Sequence record: MK599315.1
Direction: 5' to 3' (one strand)
DNA length: 64,000 nt
Under the pieces are notes generated by a model. The model saw nothing but the letters and a program-made list of their open reading frames with translations, was not told the origin of the DNA and made no database searches. Below, one piece after another: positions 30,678 to 40,910 of the stretch (its first letter is position 1; each line of letters opens with the position of its first letter). Both the position numbers and the translations under genes were made by a program.

Positions 30678-31004
30678 TTAATCACAACAACTGCTATCGC
30701 TACTTGAACCACTATCGGTAGTATCGCTAGAAAGGGCCACAGCAGCTCCTACAGCGAAGATTGTGTTGGACAGGTCCATATCCTCGGCTCCTCTACCAGA
30801 AGCGTAACCACGGCCTTCTGGGATCCTTAAAGGTTGAACCTGTTTTGATTCGTTTGCTCTATAGCGCTCGTACCATTCTTTTGCTGGGTCAGATAAAGTG
30901 GATCTATATTTTTCACTGCCCATTTCAACGGCTTCGCGTGCCAAAGAGATCTGTTCGCATTTACCCAAATCCCCGCGCTCGGCAGGGATAGGTTCAACGA
31001 TCAC
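30678..31004 (-). CDS. hypothetical protein with Ser/Asp-rich tail
   Basis: GTG start preceded by AAGGAG just after the recA stop; ends SSDTTDSGSSSDSSCCD. Confidence 0.6.
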   Translation of the reverse strand: MIVEPIPAERGDLGKCEQISLAREAVEMGSEKYRSTLSDPAKEWYERYRANESKQVQPLRIPEGRGYASGRGAEDMDLSNTIFAVGAAVALSSDTTDSGSSSDSSCCD

Positions 31005-31014
31005 AACTCCTTCT

Positions 31015-32454
31015 TTAGGCAGCTTTCGCTTTGGCCAGATCCAACGGAATAATCTTAGCACGTTCATCATCAGTCATCCAGTAAGGTTTATAGTCACCGG
31101 TACGCATACGAAGAAGATCGTAGGTCGAAAGGAATTTCTTATCGGTGAGAGCTTCGTCTTCTTCACACATCCAATAGCCACGAGTCGTATTCAGGATCAT
31201 ATCCCAATCATAACCCATCGCTTTCAGATCTTCGTACAGTGTCTTTGGATCACATACATCTTCAGCCGTCCAACGCTGGAACTGGATCAACTGAAGCATC
31301 TCAGATTGAATTTCAACAGCCCGACGAAGGGATTCGTTTTCCATAAGCTTCTTACGTACAGTGGTACGACTAAGCTTGATATCTGGGCAAAGTTCAATGT
31401 AGTAGTTCAGAAGGTTACCACCAATACCCCAACCATTTTCTTTGCAGTAATGGAACTCAGTGAGCGAAGGAAGTACACCTTCAGTCTGAGAAACTACGAT
31501 ATGGAAAGGAAGGCCAGTAATACCACCTTTACCACGAAGGTTCATTACCTCCAGAATCTTAAGATCGGTATCCCCTTCCATTGCGGTCGAGTTATCGATC
31601 GGATACAGAGGCATCTTCTCTTTGTTAACAAGAGGTTTGTTAGACTCGATAGAGAATACGTTGTTAGGCAGCGAATAGAAGCCAGAACTAACGCCTTTAA
31701 GAACCGTATCCTTCTTCATGTGGGAAAGATTACGTTTATCAGTCGGGTACATCTCCATTTGGATGATGTCACCAGTGTGCGCAGTCAATACGATATAAGT
31801 ACCGGTCTTAGCACATACCTGAGGCAATTGGTTGAACAGCTGGTTCTTAGCCTTACCATTAGTCATGGCATCGGTGTTGTTACCAGATGCACCGATAGCA
31901 TTCTTCTCGTACATATCCGATACGGCAGTAACGATAAACTTCGAGAAACTATCGATCAGGCCAGTTGTCGGGTACATGCATTTCTTGTTGTTACCTTCAA
32001 CATCAAGGAACGGAGTAGTGCGCTGATATTCTTTTTCTGCTTTCTCTTTCTCACCAAGTGCTGTACGGAAGAGTTTAAAGAACTCATCGCCGGTATATCG
32101 AGAAAGGTCAGTGAACATGAATTGCTCGTCATGTTCCCAATCGATCTTTTGCAGATCACTGAATTGAGCTGCAAGACTACTGAAACGTGCAACCGGGTTC
32201 AAGGTACCCTCGGTATCATAGATCATGCCATGGGAACCCGGCATAGCTCGACGAACCATCGCTAGCATATACACAGCGAGTGCAGTTTTAAAGTTGTTAG
32301 GTCGAGATGCGATACCGGTCATCGGACCGAGACCACCGTTACAGATCATCTCGCCGTGTTTACCTTGTTCATATTTACCAGTGGATACATCCATCAGGCA
32401 GCCGATATTAACCGCCGGGCGGAAGGCCGGACGTTGGAAGTGTTTAGCGAACAT
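31015..32454 (-). CDS. recA: RecA/UvsX-like recombinase (phiKZ gp152-like)
   Basis: 479 aa; Walker A-like GIASRPNNFKT, YDTEG, Walker B LIDS; synteny. Confidence 0.8.
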   Translation of the reverse strand: MFAKHFQRPAFRPAVNIGCLMDVSTGKYEQGKHGEMICNGGLGPMTGIASRPNNFKTALAVYMLAMVRRAMPGSHGMIYDTEGTLNPVARFSSLAAQFSDLQKIDWEHDEQFMFTDLSRYTGDEFFKLFRTALGEKEKAEKEYQRTTPFLDVEGNNKKCMYPTTGLIDSFSKFIVTAVSDMYEKNAIGASGNNTDAMTNGKAKNQLFNQLPQVCAKTGTYIVLTAHTGDIIQMEMYPTDKRNLSHMKKDTVLKGVSSGFYSLPNNVFSIESNKPLVNKEKMPLYPIDNSTAMEGDTDLKILEVMNLRGKGGITGLPFHIVVSQTEGVLPSLTEFHYCKENGWGIGGNLLNYYIELCPDIKLSRTTVRKKLMENESLRRAVEIQSEMLQLIQFQRWTAEDVCDPKTLYEDLKAMGYDWDMILNTTRGYWMCEEDEALTDKKFLSTYDLLRMRTGDYKPYWMTDDERAKIIPLDLAKAKAA

Positions 32455-32552
32455 TGATATTACCTTTTAGTGATTAGCCAATCACTTTATTGATATTGAG
32501 AGTAATTTTATGTTTAGAGAATTCGCAACTCTTGTGCCATAGGAAAACAACC

Positions 32553-33521
32553 ATGATTAAAAATGTTCTTAATAAATACACTGAGAAGGTCTCCAATGAA
32601 AACGTCCAGACTGATGACGTTATCTTTGATAGTTCTCAGAATAAGTTCTTCACTGAGGGTGATCCTCAAGCAGCAGAGCAAACCCCTGAAACAGAAGTTC
32701 TTCCTGTAGATCAAACTCCTACAGACAAACTATTCGATGCTCTGGGTACAATTTCCACTGAAGCTGGTTTCATTGGTAATGTTTCTAATTGGTTTGCCCG
32801 TAAAGTATCCAATATGGGAGTTCATATTAAAGACGGTTTCCGTTATCTGACTACGTGGAACTATGATCCGCTTCTACCTCTTAATCCTCTATCCATGAAA
32901 GGCTTTGTGGCTACTCTGGATTATTTCGAAGTTGAGAAAGAGATTGTTCCGCAACCAGCTGGCTTTAAAGGCGAAATGCTTCCATATACCGCTGGTCTGG
33001 TATCGCGTGCACAGGTAATGGCGCAAGTAGTAGAGAAGGTTATTCGACCCGCGACATCTCGTTTTGGTCATTATCTGACTACTCCAGAAGATCGTGCAGA
33101 ACGTCGAGACTTCCAATACGGTATCGATATTGATAAATCGATTGACCAGCTTATTAAAGAAGACGCTCAGTTCTTTGCTAATAACCGCCAGTCAACTGTT
33201 GCATTTGGTAAGATTTACAGTTCGATGAATGACTTCTATGAATCTGAACAACATATGTTCGAGATTAATACCATTCTTAAAGGTGGTGAAACCTCTACCG
33301 TTAAGAGTGCAGTAGAAGCATTAAGTCAAACTGTAACTGCTTTGATGGAACGGATCGGTAAAGAAGGCGATATCAAAACATCCAGCGAGTTCGCTAAGAT
33401 GATGTCTGAGGAACTAACCCAAGTAGCTAAGTGGGTAGAGTGGTTCTCCATTCAAATGACACGAATTATTGAAACCAATAATGTCTTAGCTGAAACAGAG
33501 AAACATCTTCGTTCTCTGTAA
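32553..33521 (+). CDS. head/inner-body structural protein (phiKZ gp153-like)
   Basis: 322 aa from the ATG after AGGA; acidic N-terminal propeptide ending ISTE (S-x-E cleavage-type site). Confidence 0.65.
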   Translation: MIKNVLNKYTEKVSNENVQTDDVIFDSSQNKFFTEGDPQAAEQTPETEVLPVDQTPTDKLFDALGTISTEAGFIGNVSNWFARKVSNMGVHIKDGFRYLTTWNYDPLLPLNPLSMKGFVATLDYFEVEKEIVPQPAGFKGEMLPYTAGLVSRAQVMAQVVEKVIRPATSRFGHYLTTPEDRAERRDFQYGIDIDKSIDQLIKEDAQFFANNRQSTVAFGKIYSSMNDFYESEQHMFEINTILKGGETSTVKSAVEALSQTVTALMERIGKEGDIKTSSEFAKMMSEELTQVAKWVEWFSIQMTRIIETNNVLAETEKHLRSL

Positions 33522-33524
33522 GAC

Positions 33525-33561
33525 AACATATTGCCCCACCTAATGGTGGGGCTTTATGCCG
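33525..33561. terminator. bidirectional hairpin terminator
   Basis: aacatattgccccacc-taat-ggtggggctttatgcc between convergent genes. Confidence 0.85.
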
Positions 33562-33971
33562 TTAAGCTGTCGCCTGACGTTCCTTCATGCAATGGTGTAC
33601 TAATTGCTTAAGTTCTTTAACGAAAGTTTCCTTGTCTGTATATAGAAGCCAGCAGGGAGTCTTTCGAGCGATCCTTTCGAAGTACTTGTCAGATTCAAGA
33701 TCAACCTTCTCGATAGGAGGATACCTTTCCAAACGTAAGGTCCAAATAACGTTGGTAAGCGTAAGGCGCTTTCATCCCTCACGAGACGCATCACTGAATT
33801 AAGCGAAGATATCCGCTCGCATTCGTGATCGCGACACTGCACCAGTGCGGCATGCAATGACGCCATTACGCACATCCGTTTGAAGCCGTTATCCAGGTGA
33901 TTCCAGATGAAAACCCAGAATGTCCTGAATGGATTTTCATCCAGCCTCAAGAATCTGCTAATAAGGCTCAT
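33562..33971 (-). CDS. hypothetical protein with an apparent -1 frameshift near 33770
   Basis: Restoring one A in GAT GAA AGC gives ...RDEKRLTLTNVIWTLRLERYPP...MKERQATA*, which stops exactly at the terminator. Confidence 0.55.
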
Positions 33972-33981
33972 GAGTTACCCA

Positions 33982-35427
33982 CTATTTTTTCAAAATGAAC
34001 TGTGTGTACGGTGCTTCATAGATGGCAGAACCATCATCAGTTACAAACACAGTCGAGTATGAATAGGCTAACGGACCCGTAGCTACAATCAGTACTTCCA
34101 CTTTAACACCCTCGCAGCTGATTCGAGCGAGTTGGTTACGAGAAGGAATATCGATTGTCAATGCCAATCGGAGTGATACCTTCTGTCCTTTATAATCGAT
34201 AGGAATATCGAGATATGGTGTATTTTGAGTGATAGACTTCTTAAGTTGGGTTACCGTCTTCTTACCGCTCTGTACAGTTTCATACAGGTGATCGGTAATG
34301 TCGATTTTATAAACCGACTCTCCTATCGTTCCCGCCGTGTATTCCGCCAAACGACGTTCCAGCACGTTAAACATGCTTACCGCATCGTTAGCCATACGTG
34401 GTGGGTTGAGAGTCCTACTAATGAGACCCATATCTGGAGTTGCAAGAACAAAGATGTCATCAAAACGTACAAGAGCATCAAGCCCAAGTGATTCGATTTG
34501 CTGGCGTTGCTTTGCTCCACAAGCATTACCCAGATTGAGAATACCGAGTTCTGGGAGGTCAGTCCCAAATGCTTTCGTATGTAGCTCAATTAGATTCTCT
34601 AAATACTCGTCAGGTTCCCGAGATTTATAGACTCCAAAGGTTGCTTCGGAAATCCTTCTCCCAAGTAGCAAATCTGCTTTGGCCAATTTATCTTTGGCAG
34701 TATCCCTAGGACGATGGCCCGCATTATGCATACTTCCGAGGTTGTACATGTAGTAGGTCCCATCCGAGGGTTTCCCACTATTAATTCCAAAGAGCAGACG
34801 GGACTCCAGGATCAGTGGATTCATCTGAACTTTTTTCAGCTTGTTGATGGCATCGCCTTCAACCTTAACTGTTTTAGGTGTAACCGAAGCACCGCCTCCG
34901 CGTAGCGCATTGACGTCAGCCTTCTCGTTGCCTATATCTCCCGAATGGCCTTTAACCCATTTGAGTTCCAGTTTGCGGTCGTTCTTAAGCCAATCCATCT
35001 TTTGCTGGTTCAGAGCAATCCATAGATCTTTGTTGGCTACAGGATTACCATCTACCTTAACCCAATTGTTTTTTATCCATTTTGGGAGATAAGATTCGAG
35101 ACCTTTTCTGACATACTCACTATCCATAAGCATGGTTAGTTTAGTAGCCTTAGAGGCATCTGCAATCTTAAAGCCGTTAATCGCAGCACTAAGCTCAGCG
35201 GTGTTGTTCGTCGGATTATCGACTACCTTACCGAAGGAGTCGATATATTCAATAACCGTACAAGTATCCTCGGCACCGACATCCTGATAACCCGATGCAG
35301 TTGGCTGCTGTTTTGTAGCAGCTTTAGACTTCATCGGTGTATTGGTGTAAGTGTAACCATGGACTCCCCAACCAGCTAGACCTTGACGGAATGATCCATC
35401 TGTGTATAGCACTATACCGTCGCACAT
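33982..35427 (-). CDS. rnhA: ribonuclease HI with C-terminal extension (phiKZ gp155-like)
   Basis: VLYTDGS, TNNTAEL, MDSEYV, N.DLW, WVKGHSG..GNEKAD: complete RNase HI motifs. Confidence 0.92.
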   Translation of the reverse strand: MCDGIVLYTDGSFRQGLAGWGVHGYTYTNTPMKSKAATKQQPTASGYQDVGAEDTCTVIEYIDSFGKVVDNPTNNTAELSAAINGFKIADASKATKLTMLMDSEYVRKGLESYLPKWIKNNWVKVDGNPVANKDLWIALNQQKMDWLKNDRKLELKWVKGHSGDIGNEKADVNALRGGGASVTPKTVKVEGDAINKLKKVQMNPLILESRLLFGINSGKPSDGTYYMYNLGSMHNAGHRPRDTAKDKLAKADLLLGRRISEATFGVYKSREPDEYLENLIELHTKAFGTDLPELGILNLGNACGAKQRQQIESLGLDALVRFDDIFVLATPDMGLISRTLNPPRMANDAVSMFNVLERRLAEYTAGTIGESVYKIDITDHLYETVQSGKKTVTQLKKSITQNTPYLDIPIDYKGQKVSLRLALTIDIPSRNQLARISCEGVKVEVLIVATGPLAYSYSTVFVTDDGSAIYEAPYTQFILKK

Positions 35428-35470
35428 TGTTTTTTTACCTCTGTCAACAGACTCTTAACTAAAGTATAAA

Positions 35471-35880
35471 TCAGTCGAGTTTTCTTTGACAGTGATCCAA
35501 CCACTTTTGGTGGGCTTGCTCTATCTTGGATCGTTCGGCAACATTGTACGCACGAAGTTCGGCTACATACTCCGAGAGTTTCCGATCGATTTCTTCTGAA
35601 GACTGCGCACTCGCTAATTCTTCTTCGTTCGGTTTCTCGGGGAGTAAAGCAGCACGTGGGAGTACAAACGGTTCACAGCTTGCTAACGGACGCTTTTGTT
35701 CTGTGACAGGTGTTTGTATAACTCGTTCTTTCACTTCCGTTATTGTTTTATTTGCGGCTGGCTAAATTCCCAGCTGGAAGTTGTCTTTTGCTGAACCACA
35801 GTCTGTGTGGTGTACCTCGGTGCATAAATAACGCAACCAGAAAGAGTCAAACAAAGTACTAGTAAATATTTTTTAGACAT
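35471..35880 (-). CDS. lipoprotein (o-spanin-like); 5' part missing from the ORF track, apparent -1 frameshift near 35746
   Basis: ATG at 35880 gives MSKKYLLVLCLTLSG-C (lipobox) after an AGGTG SD. Adding one A in ATAAAAC joins it to the 35471-35734 ORF (136 aa, two further Cys). Confidence 0.65.
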
Positions 35881-35906
35881 GTGGTTCACCTACAGCCCAT
35901 TAAAGG

Positions 35907-36194
35907 TTATTTCAGAATTTCACCCAGAAGCTTTCGCCTGGCTTGAAGCGATTCGACAGAGTCTACATCGCATACACATTCCGGACGTTGTTTCAACTTC
36001 CAGTTCTCTGACTTAACATCATTCAACTCGCCGATAGTTAACATGAGCGACATGGCCAAGACCAGTACCATCGCAAACATAAACGTAACGTGCTTGTTTT
36101 CCAGCATCACTTCACGGACAGTACGATCACCGAAGATCGCCCGTTTCAGGAAGGGCCACAACAGGAGCAAGGCTTTTGCAGTTAAACTGAGCAT
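35907..36194 (-). CDS. small inner-membrane protein (i-spanin-like)
   Basis: 95 aa; TM FMFAMVLVLAMSLMLTI followed by a short coiled segment with CxC. Confidence 0.65.
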   Translation of the reverse strand: MLSLTAKALLLLWPFLKRAIFGDRTVREVMLENKHVTFMFAMVLVLAMSLMLTIGELNDVKSENWKLKQRPECVCDVDSVESLQARRKLLGEILK

Positions 36195-36383
36195 GATTTC
36201 CTCTGTTCAGTTAGACATTGCGCCTACCCATAAAAGCCGTGGATGGCTGAGATCAATAGACATTAAAGACAATATACTAACCGTTTAAAAGCATTAGTAT
36301 ACCCGACGTTTTAAATAAGCACAAGCGGAGTGACTGATTTTATAGATGGAAGACCATCGATCTCTCGCTCATGAGGATAGCAC

Positions 36384-37690
36384 ATGTACAATTTGAAAGG
36401 CTTTTACAGCTTCCCTGCACTCATTTCGAATGCACCTGAAACTGTAGCGAAGCTCGGCGAACTTTCGTCGAACAGCGCAACCTATGCAAAGGACAAGACT
36501 TTCCACACCGGTACGTCCGCACCAAACGTTGTTTTTATTTCTTTTCATAGCGTAAAGGATGGAACGTTGTTGATGTTGCTGGTAACAACAAAGATCAAGT
36601 TCTTAAGCTAGGTGAATATATTTATCAACAGTCGATTTCTGGTACGATCGGTTCCGATCCTAACGTACTTCGTCAACTGGTGATGGCAGAGTTTAATGGG
36701 GTTATCCAAAGTTTCCGTAGTGGTCAAATGATTTCTAACGGTAGCATTTGGATGCCAGAATGGGTTGAATTCGTATTAGTTGGTTCTGAAGCTAACCAGA
36801 TGAATATCTGGCTTGCAGATGAATCCTTTGCAGCTCAGTACGATGAATACATCATCGAGATCGTACATCCGATAATTCCGTATGACGATTTCTTTAAAGA
36901 TCCGCTTATTGTTAAGCAGCTACTGGACGATTATGATCTCGTTGAGAAGATCGAAGAAGTTCAGGCTAAGCGGGCACAATATCCATATACACATCAACGG
37001 GCATTCATGTTTGAATACCATAATCCCCGTGATGATTCTATGCGTTTCCCCGCCTATTGGATTGCAATCGTCTATGGCGAGGCTGGCAACAACCCTGACC
37101 TCATCAAAGACAAGATTGTAGAAGAACTACTGGCTGACTCTGCACATCCACGGACAGATTGGGAAGTTATTCTTCCAGACCTGTTCATGACAACTGAGTT
37201 CATCTTTACTCCATTCTGGAACCAGTATTCTATCGAACAAGCCGATTATCGAGCTGGTACCTACAGTCCTACTGTAGACCATCGTAAACGACTTCCTTTG
37301 ATTCGTCGAACAGCACGTGGGCCAGGTTATACTCAAACCTACGTAGACAATAAATTCGAGCTGTCTTCGAACACATACAAATCCATTGCCTTCTCCGTAT
37401 TGGGTAACCCTCAAAACAGGAATGGTATTACACAGTTCTCGCAGAAATTTAAAGATTATCAGTTAGTAACTAACGATACTGGAGATATCAATAAATCGTC
37501 GCCTGAAACAATTGAATGGATGATGTTGTTCTCGAAGCTACTGAAAGCAGCCGAAGGGATGACTCGCTATAGCTCTGTTCCACAAGGGGTGTCTCGCATG
37601 ATTCGTGATAATGTGATTTATGCAAGCGCATACTTTAAGAACGTTAACTACATGGTTGTAGCTAAAGCTAGCGTAGAAGAATTATCCTAA
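36384..37690 (+). CDS. virion structural protein (phiKZ gp157-like), split by an apparent -1 frameshift near 36562
   Basis: The 75 aa ORF and the 336 aa ORF join (..[22 protein letters not shown]..) into about 435 aa if one base is restored. Confidence 0.7.
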
Positions 37691-37691
37691 A

Positions 37692-37725
37692 AACATAAGG
37701 GAGAGGGGAAACCCTCTCCTTTTAT
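37692..37725 (+). terminator. hairpin terminator
   Basis: aagggagaggg-gaaa-ccctctccttttatt. Confidence 0.75.
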
Positions 37726-37737
37726 TAGGGGATACAC

Positions 37738-39312
37738 ATGCGTCAAATTTCTATTTCACTTACCGATAACCCTATCGGTGCTAGTCCATTAGTTGGACTT
37801 TATAAAGCGATTAACGCTAAATATTCCAGCCTAGGTCTGACCCAAGCAAACTCTCGGGTTATTAGAGTACAACCAGCAGCAACTAAAGAAAGACCCAACC
37901 AGACAGTAGTGTTTATTCAGAAGGGAACTTCTTATGACACTATTTACGATTTTTATTACGATCGTTTTAACCTAAACGATTTTATTGAAAATCCATACTG
38001 GACGGCTTCTGAAGTTGAAGAACTCCAACAGATGGAGAACTCTACTGAAGTCCTTGGTGAAGTGGCTCGTAAATCGACTTTAAATTTAACAAAATCAGAT
38101 ATTTGGGTTAACGATACTTCTATCGATTATACCGGTGGACAAGTCGGACCTAACTGGTTATTAAAGTCTATTTACAACTCACTGTATTTTACCGGCGAAC
38201 TAGTTCTTTGGTTACATTCAGGTGGAGATGGTCCTGGTCCAGAGCCTGAACCTATAGATGGGTTCTATGAACATATCTTCGAAGGTTCGATCTCTAATTA
38301 CATTACTGGTACATTTGGTAACCCAGGTTACTATGTATCTCTTAGTGTACAACAGAATGGTAACCGTGTTTATGTACTCGAACCAATTCCTGAGGGTGAG
38401 AAGGTACCTACACTGAACTGGCCTACCTACCATGAAAATGATCCAGCTACACTTGTACCTGGACATGAATGGATTATTATCAATAACTCCGGACATGAGA
38501 TCACATTTGATCCAGAGGGACTTAGTCATAATAAATTCCTCTTACCTGCATGGAATGTAATCGCAGTTAAACAGGGTGGGACTATTCGTGGTACTGCCAT
38601 CGGTTGGGATAATAATACCAATCAATGGATTTGGGCAATTTCTGGGGATATTGTTCAAGGTAAAACTGTAGGTAGTTCTATCATGGATGACTTGATTAGT
38701 TGGTATGCCATGGAAGGGATTGCTACAGACTCACACGGCGGTCATAACTTCGGATTTAACTCTGAAAGTACGATACCTGGTAAAGTTGGTCAAGCACTAA
38801 GTGGTATAAAAGCTTCCGGTGCTGAAGGTAACTTCGGTAGCTATAATAGCGGTACGGCAATGTTTGGTTGGTTTAAAGTAAATAACCCAACCGTAAGTCA
38901 GGAATATGTATTGACTCTTGGTAAGTTTGGCGAGTACTATGGCTGTAAGTACGGCTTATCGTACAGAGGTTCCAACGGCTGGAGAGGATTCTCTCGCAAT
39001 GCTGCTAACACAGAGACTACTGTATCTACTGGCGGTCAACACATGGGTAAAGGAGAATGGCAATTCATCGTTCTTCAAGTAAAAGATCGATTCCTTGAGA
39101 TCTATGTTGACAATGGTAATCCGATACGTAAAGAAATTCCATTACCAAGTAGTGGTTCTTATGATGGTCTACAGTTCGGAGAAATCTTTAGTGATTCCAA
39201 GTTTGATGGCGCTGTAGATGAAGTTGGATTATGCTGGCGACCGCTAGAGAAAGAAGAGATCGCGTGGCTATACAACAATGGTCAAGGTCGTACTTATGAA
39301 ACTCTTGTTTAA
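37738..39312 (+). CDS. virion protein with phiKZ-type N-terminal domain and C-terminal LamG/ConA-like domain
   Basis: FYYDRFNL motif; GPGPEPEP linker; C-terminal WQFIVL......IYVDNG ... FDGAVDEV....RPL...EI..LY (LamG signature). Confidence 0.7.
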   Translation: MRQISISLTDNPIGASPLVGLYKAINAKYSSLGLTQANSRVIRVQPAATKERPNQTVVFIQKGTSYDTIYDFYYDRFNLNDFIENPYWTASEVEELQQMENSTEVLGEVARKSTLNLTKSDIWVNDTSIDYTGGQVGPNWLLKSIYNSLYFTGELVLWLHSGGDGPGPEPEPIDGFYEHIFEGSISNYITGTFGNPGYYVSLSVQQNGNRVYVLEPIPEGEKVPTLNWPTYHENDPATLVPGHEWIIINNSGHEITFDPEGLSHNKFLLPAWNVIAVKQGGTIRGTAIGWDNNTNQWIWAISGDIVQGKTVGSSIMDDLISWYAMEGIATDSHGGHNFGFNSESTIPGKVGQALSGIKASGAEGNFGSYNSGTAMFGWFKVNNPTVSQEYVLTLGKFGEYYGCKYGLSYRGSNGWRGFSRNAANTETTVSTGGQHMGKGEWQFIVLQVKDRFLEIYVDNGNPIRKEIPLPSSGSYDGLQFGEIFSDSKFDGAVDEVGLCWRPLEKEEIAWLYNNGQGRTYETLV

Positions 39313-39318
39313 GGAGGA

Positions 39319-39741
39319 ATGATGGCTACGATGTGTGTTAGTTGGCCAGAGATCATCACCATGGATCTTTCTGGTGCCGGCGCAGGTGGAGAGACTGTAA
39401 GCAATAGAAAGGATATTTTGAGTAGTACACTGATTTTAACCGGTGGTACTTTCGATGGTAAAGATAAAGCTAATGGAAATTATAATGACGCGTTTATCTT
39501 CTACCTGGATACTCCAGATATGCCTGCTGACCAGCGTGTCCGATTTAAAGTTTTCAACCATAGCGAACGTTCGATCATATTCAACGTCCCAGAGAGATGG
39601 CTTGGTAAACGGAATGGTATTCAACTAGTTATCCAACCTGGTAACGGAGTTGAGATTCTACGTGTAGTCTGGATTGATGAAGATACACCGATTATTCGAT
39701 GGATCATGCGTGGACCACATTACGAATTCAACAACATGTAG
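39319..39741 (+). CDS. hypothetical small beta-rich protein
   Basis: 140 aa, SD AAGGAGG, co-transcribed with the LamG gene. Confidence 0.65.
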   Translation: MMATMCVSWPEIITMDLSGAGAGGETVSNRKDILSSTLILTGGTFDGKDKANGNYNDAFIFYLDTPDMPADQRVRFKVFNHSERSIIFNVPERWLGKRNGIQLVIQPGNGVEILRVVWIDEDTPIIRWIMRGPHYEFNNM

Positions 39742-39748
39742 GTGTTAT

Positions 39749-40204
39749 ATGGACATTAATCCAATTAATTGCTGGAACTTTGTTGATTCACCAAACCAGC
39801 TTCTGATCACTGATTACCCTGAGCAGTTTAGTTATGACGGTTACACAATGGCCGTTAACAAGATCGATGTTTCTAAATACGTCGATACTATTCTTATACT
39901 TGGTAATCCCTCAGATGAAGGTAGGGAATATGACATCGGTATTGTTTTAAAATACAATAGCGATTATGTTTCTGGTACTGCATGTGATATCGTCTTTCCG
40001 ACAGGTATCATAAGTGGAGGTTGTGTACTCTACGAAGACAGTAATGGTGATTATCATCGTCTACGTTCTAATTATCCAAGTCTCACTCCAGATGGCACCT
40101 ATTATTTTGAATCAGGTGAAGCCATCAGAGTGACATTGTTTATTGATAAGTGGACTAACAAATATTACTGGCAATTATCAGAACTGATAGAGCGTCAATA
40201 CTAA
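39749..40204 (+). CDS. hypothetical small beta-rich protein
   Basis: 151 aa from the ATG after AGGTG; followed by a terminator. Confidence 0.65.
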   Translation: MDINPINCWNFVDSPNQLLITDYPEQFSYDGYTMAVNKIDVSKYVDTILILGNPSDEGREYDIGIVLKYNSDYVSGTACDIVFPTGIISGGCVLYEDSNGDYHRLRSNYPSLTPDGTYYFESGEAIRVTLFIDKWTNKYYWQLSELIERQY

Positions 40205-40207
40205 GAA

Positions 40208-40235
40208 TGTGGCTCGGTTAACCGAGCCACTCTTT
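40208..40235 (+). terminator. hairpin terminator
   Basis: gtggctcgg-ttaa-ccgagccac-tcttt. Confidence 0.8.
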
Positions 40236-40280
40236 ACTTTCATTACCAATTACATGACAATTCAATAGTGAGTATGATAC

Positions 40281-40910
40281 ATGGCCACTAACAATTTAAT
40301 GGTCCCTCCAATTGGTACAAAGGGACTATATGTTCTTCTACCTCCGTTTGATAAAGTATTGGAAGCAGCTGAACTTTACGAATGCGGTGCTATCCGCTAC
40401 TTCGAGGATGTAGAAAATAATGGTCGTTCAGTTTATGACCTTTATTACAAGCCTTGGAAAATCGACGAGGCACGCGTCGCGACAGATCGACAGCAAGGTC
40501 ATGTAATCGTAACGTTGCTGTCACCTAAATTCCCACCTGTTTATGTACCATCGAGCTACATCAAATCTTATCCTGATCTTAGCTCTAAGCCATACAACCA
40601 AGTCATCATGACTCTGTCGCTTGGTGCATTGCCAGATGACGTAATTCTAGATACAGCCGCTAATGCTGCTGCGAATGCAGTTAGTGATACGATCGGTGTT
40701 AATCCAGAAGTCCACTTTGGCATTATGCCGTTGTCAGATGCTGTAACACCAGCCGTCCACGAAACACGTGAGGCAGCACGACAAGGTAAGATCAAGAATC
40801 GTACGACGGATTATGCTCGTCTACTTGAACTGGAAAATGCCAACTCTATTTTAAAGCAACAGAACCTTATTCTTGAGAAAATCATCAAGGATAACAACCT
40901 GCTGCCTTAA
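40281..40910 (+). CDS. conserved hypothetical/virion protein (gp161-like)
   Basis: 209 aa with a C-terminal coiled coil; synteny. Confidence 0.65.
   Translation: MATNNLMVPPIGTKGLYVLLPPFDKVLEAAELYECGAIRYFEDVENNGRSVYDLYYKPWKIDEARVATDRQQGHVIVTLLSPKFPPVYVPSSYIKSYPDLSSKPYNQVIMTLSLGALPDDVILDTAANAAANAVSDTIGVNPEVHFGIMPLSDAVTPAVHETREAARQGKIKNRTTDYARLLELENANSILKQQNLILEKIIKDNNLLP

Noticed and set aside
30898-32265. 455 aa antisense ORF opposite recA
   Set aside because: Shadow ORF with no recognisable motifs and no start context.
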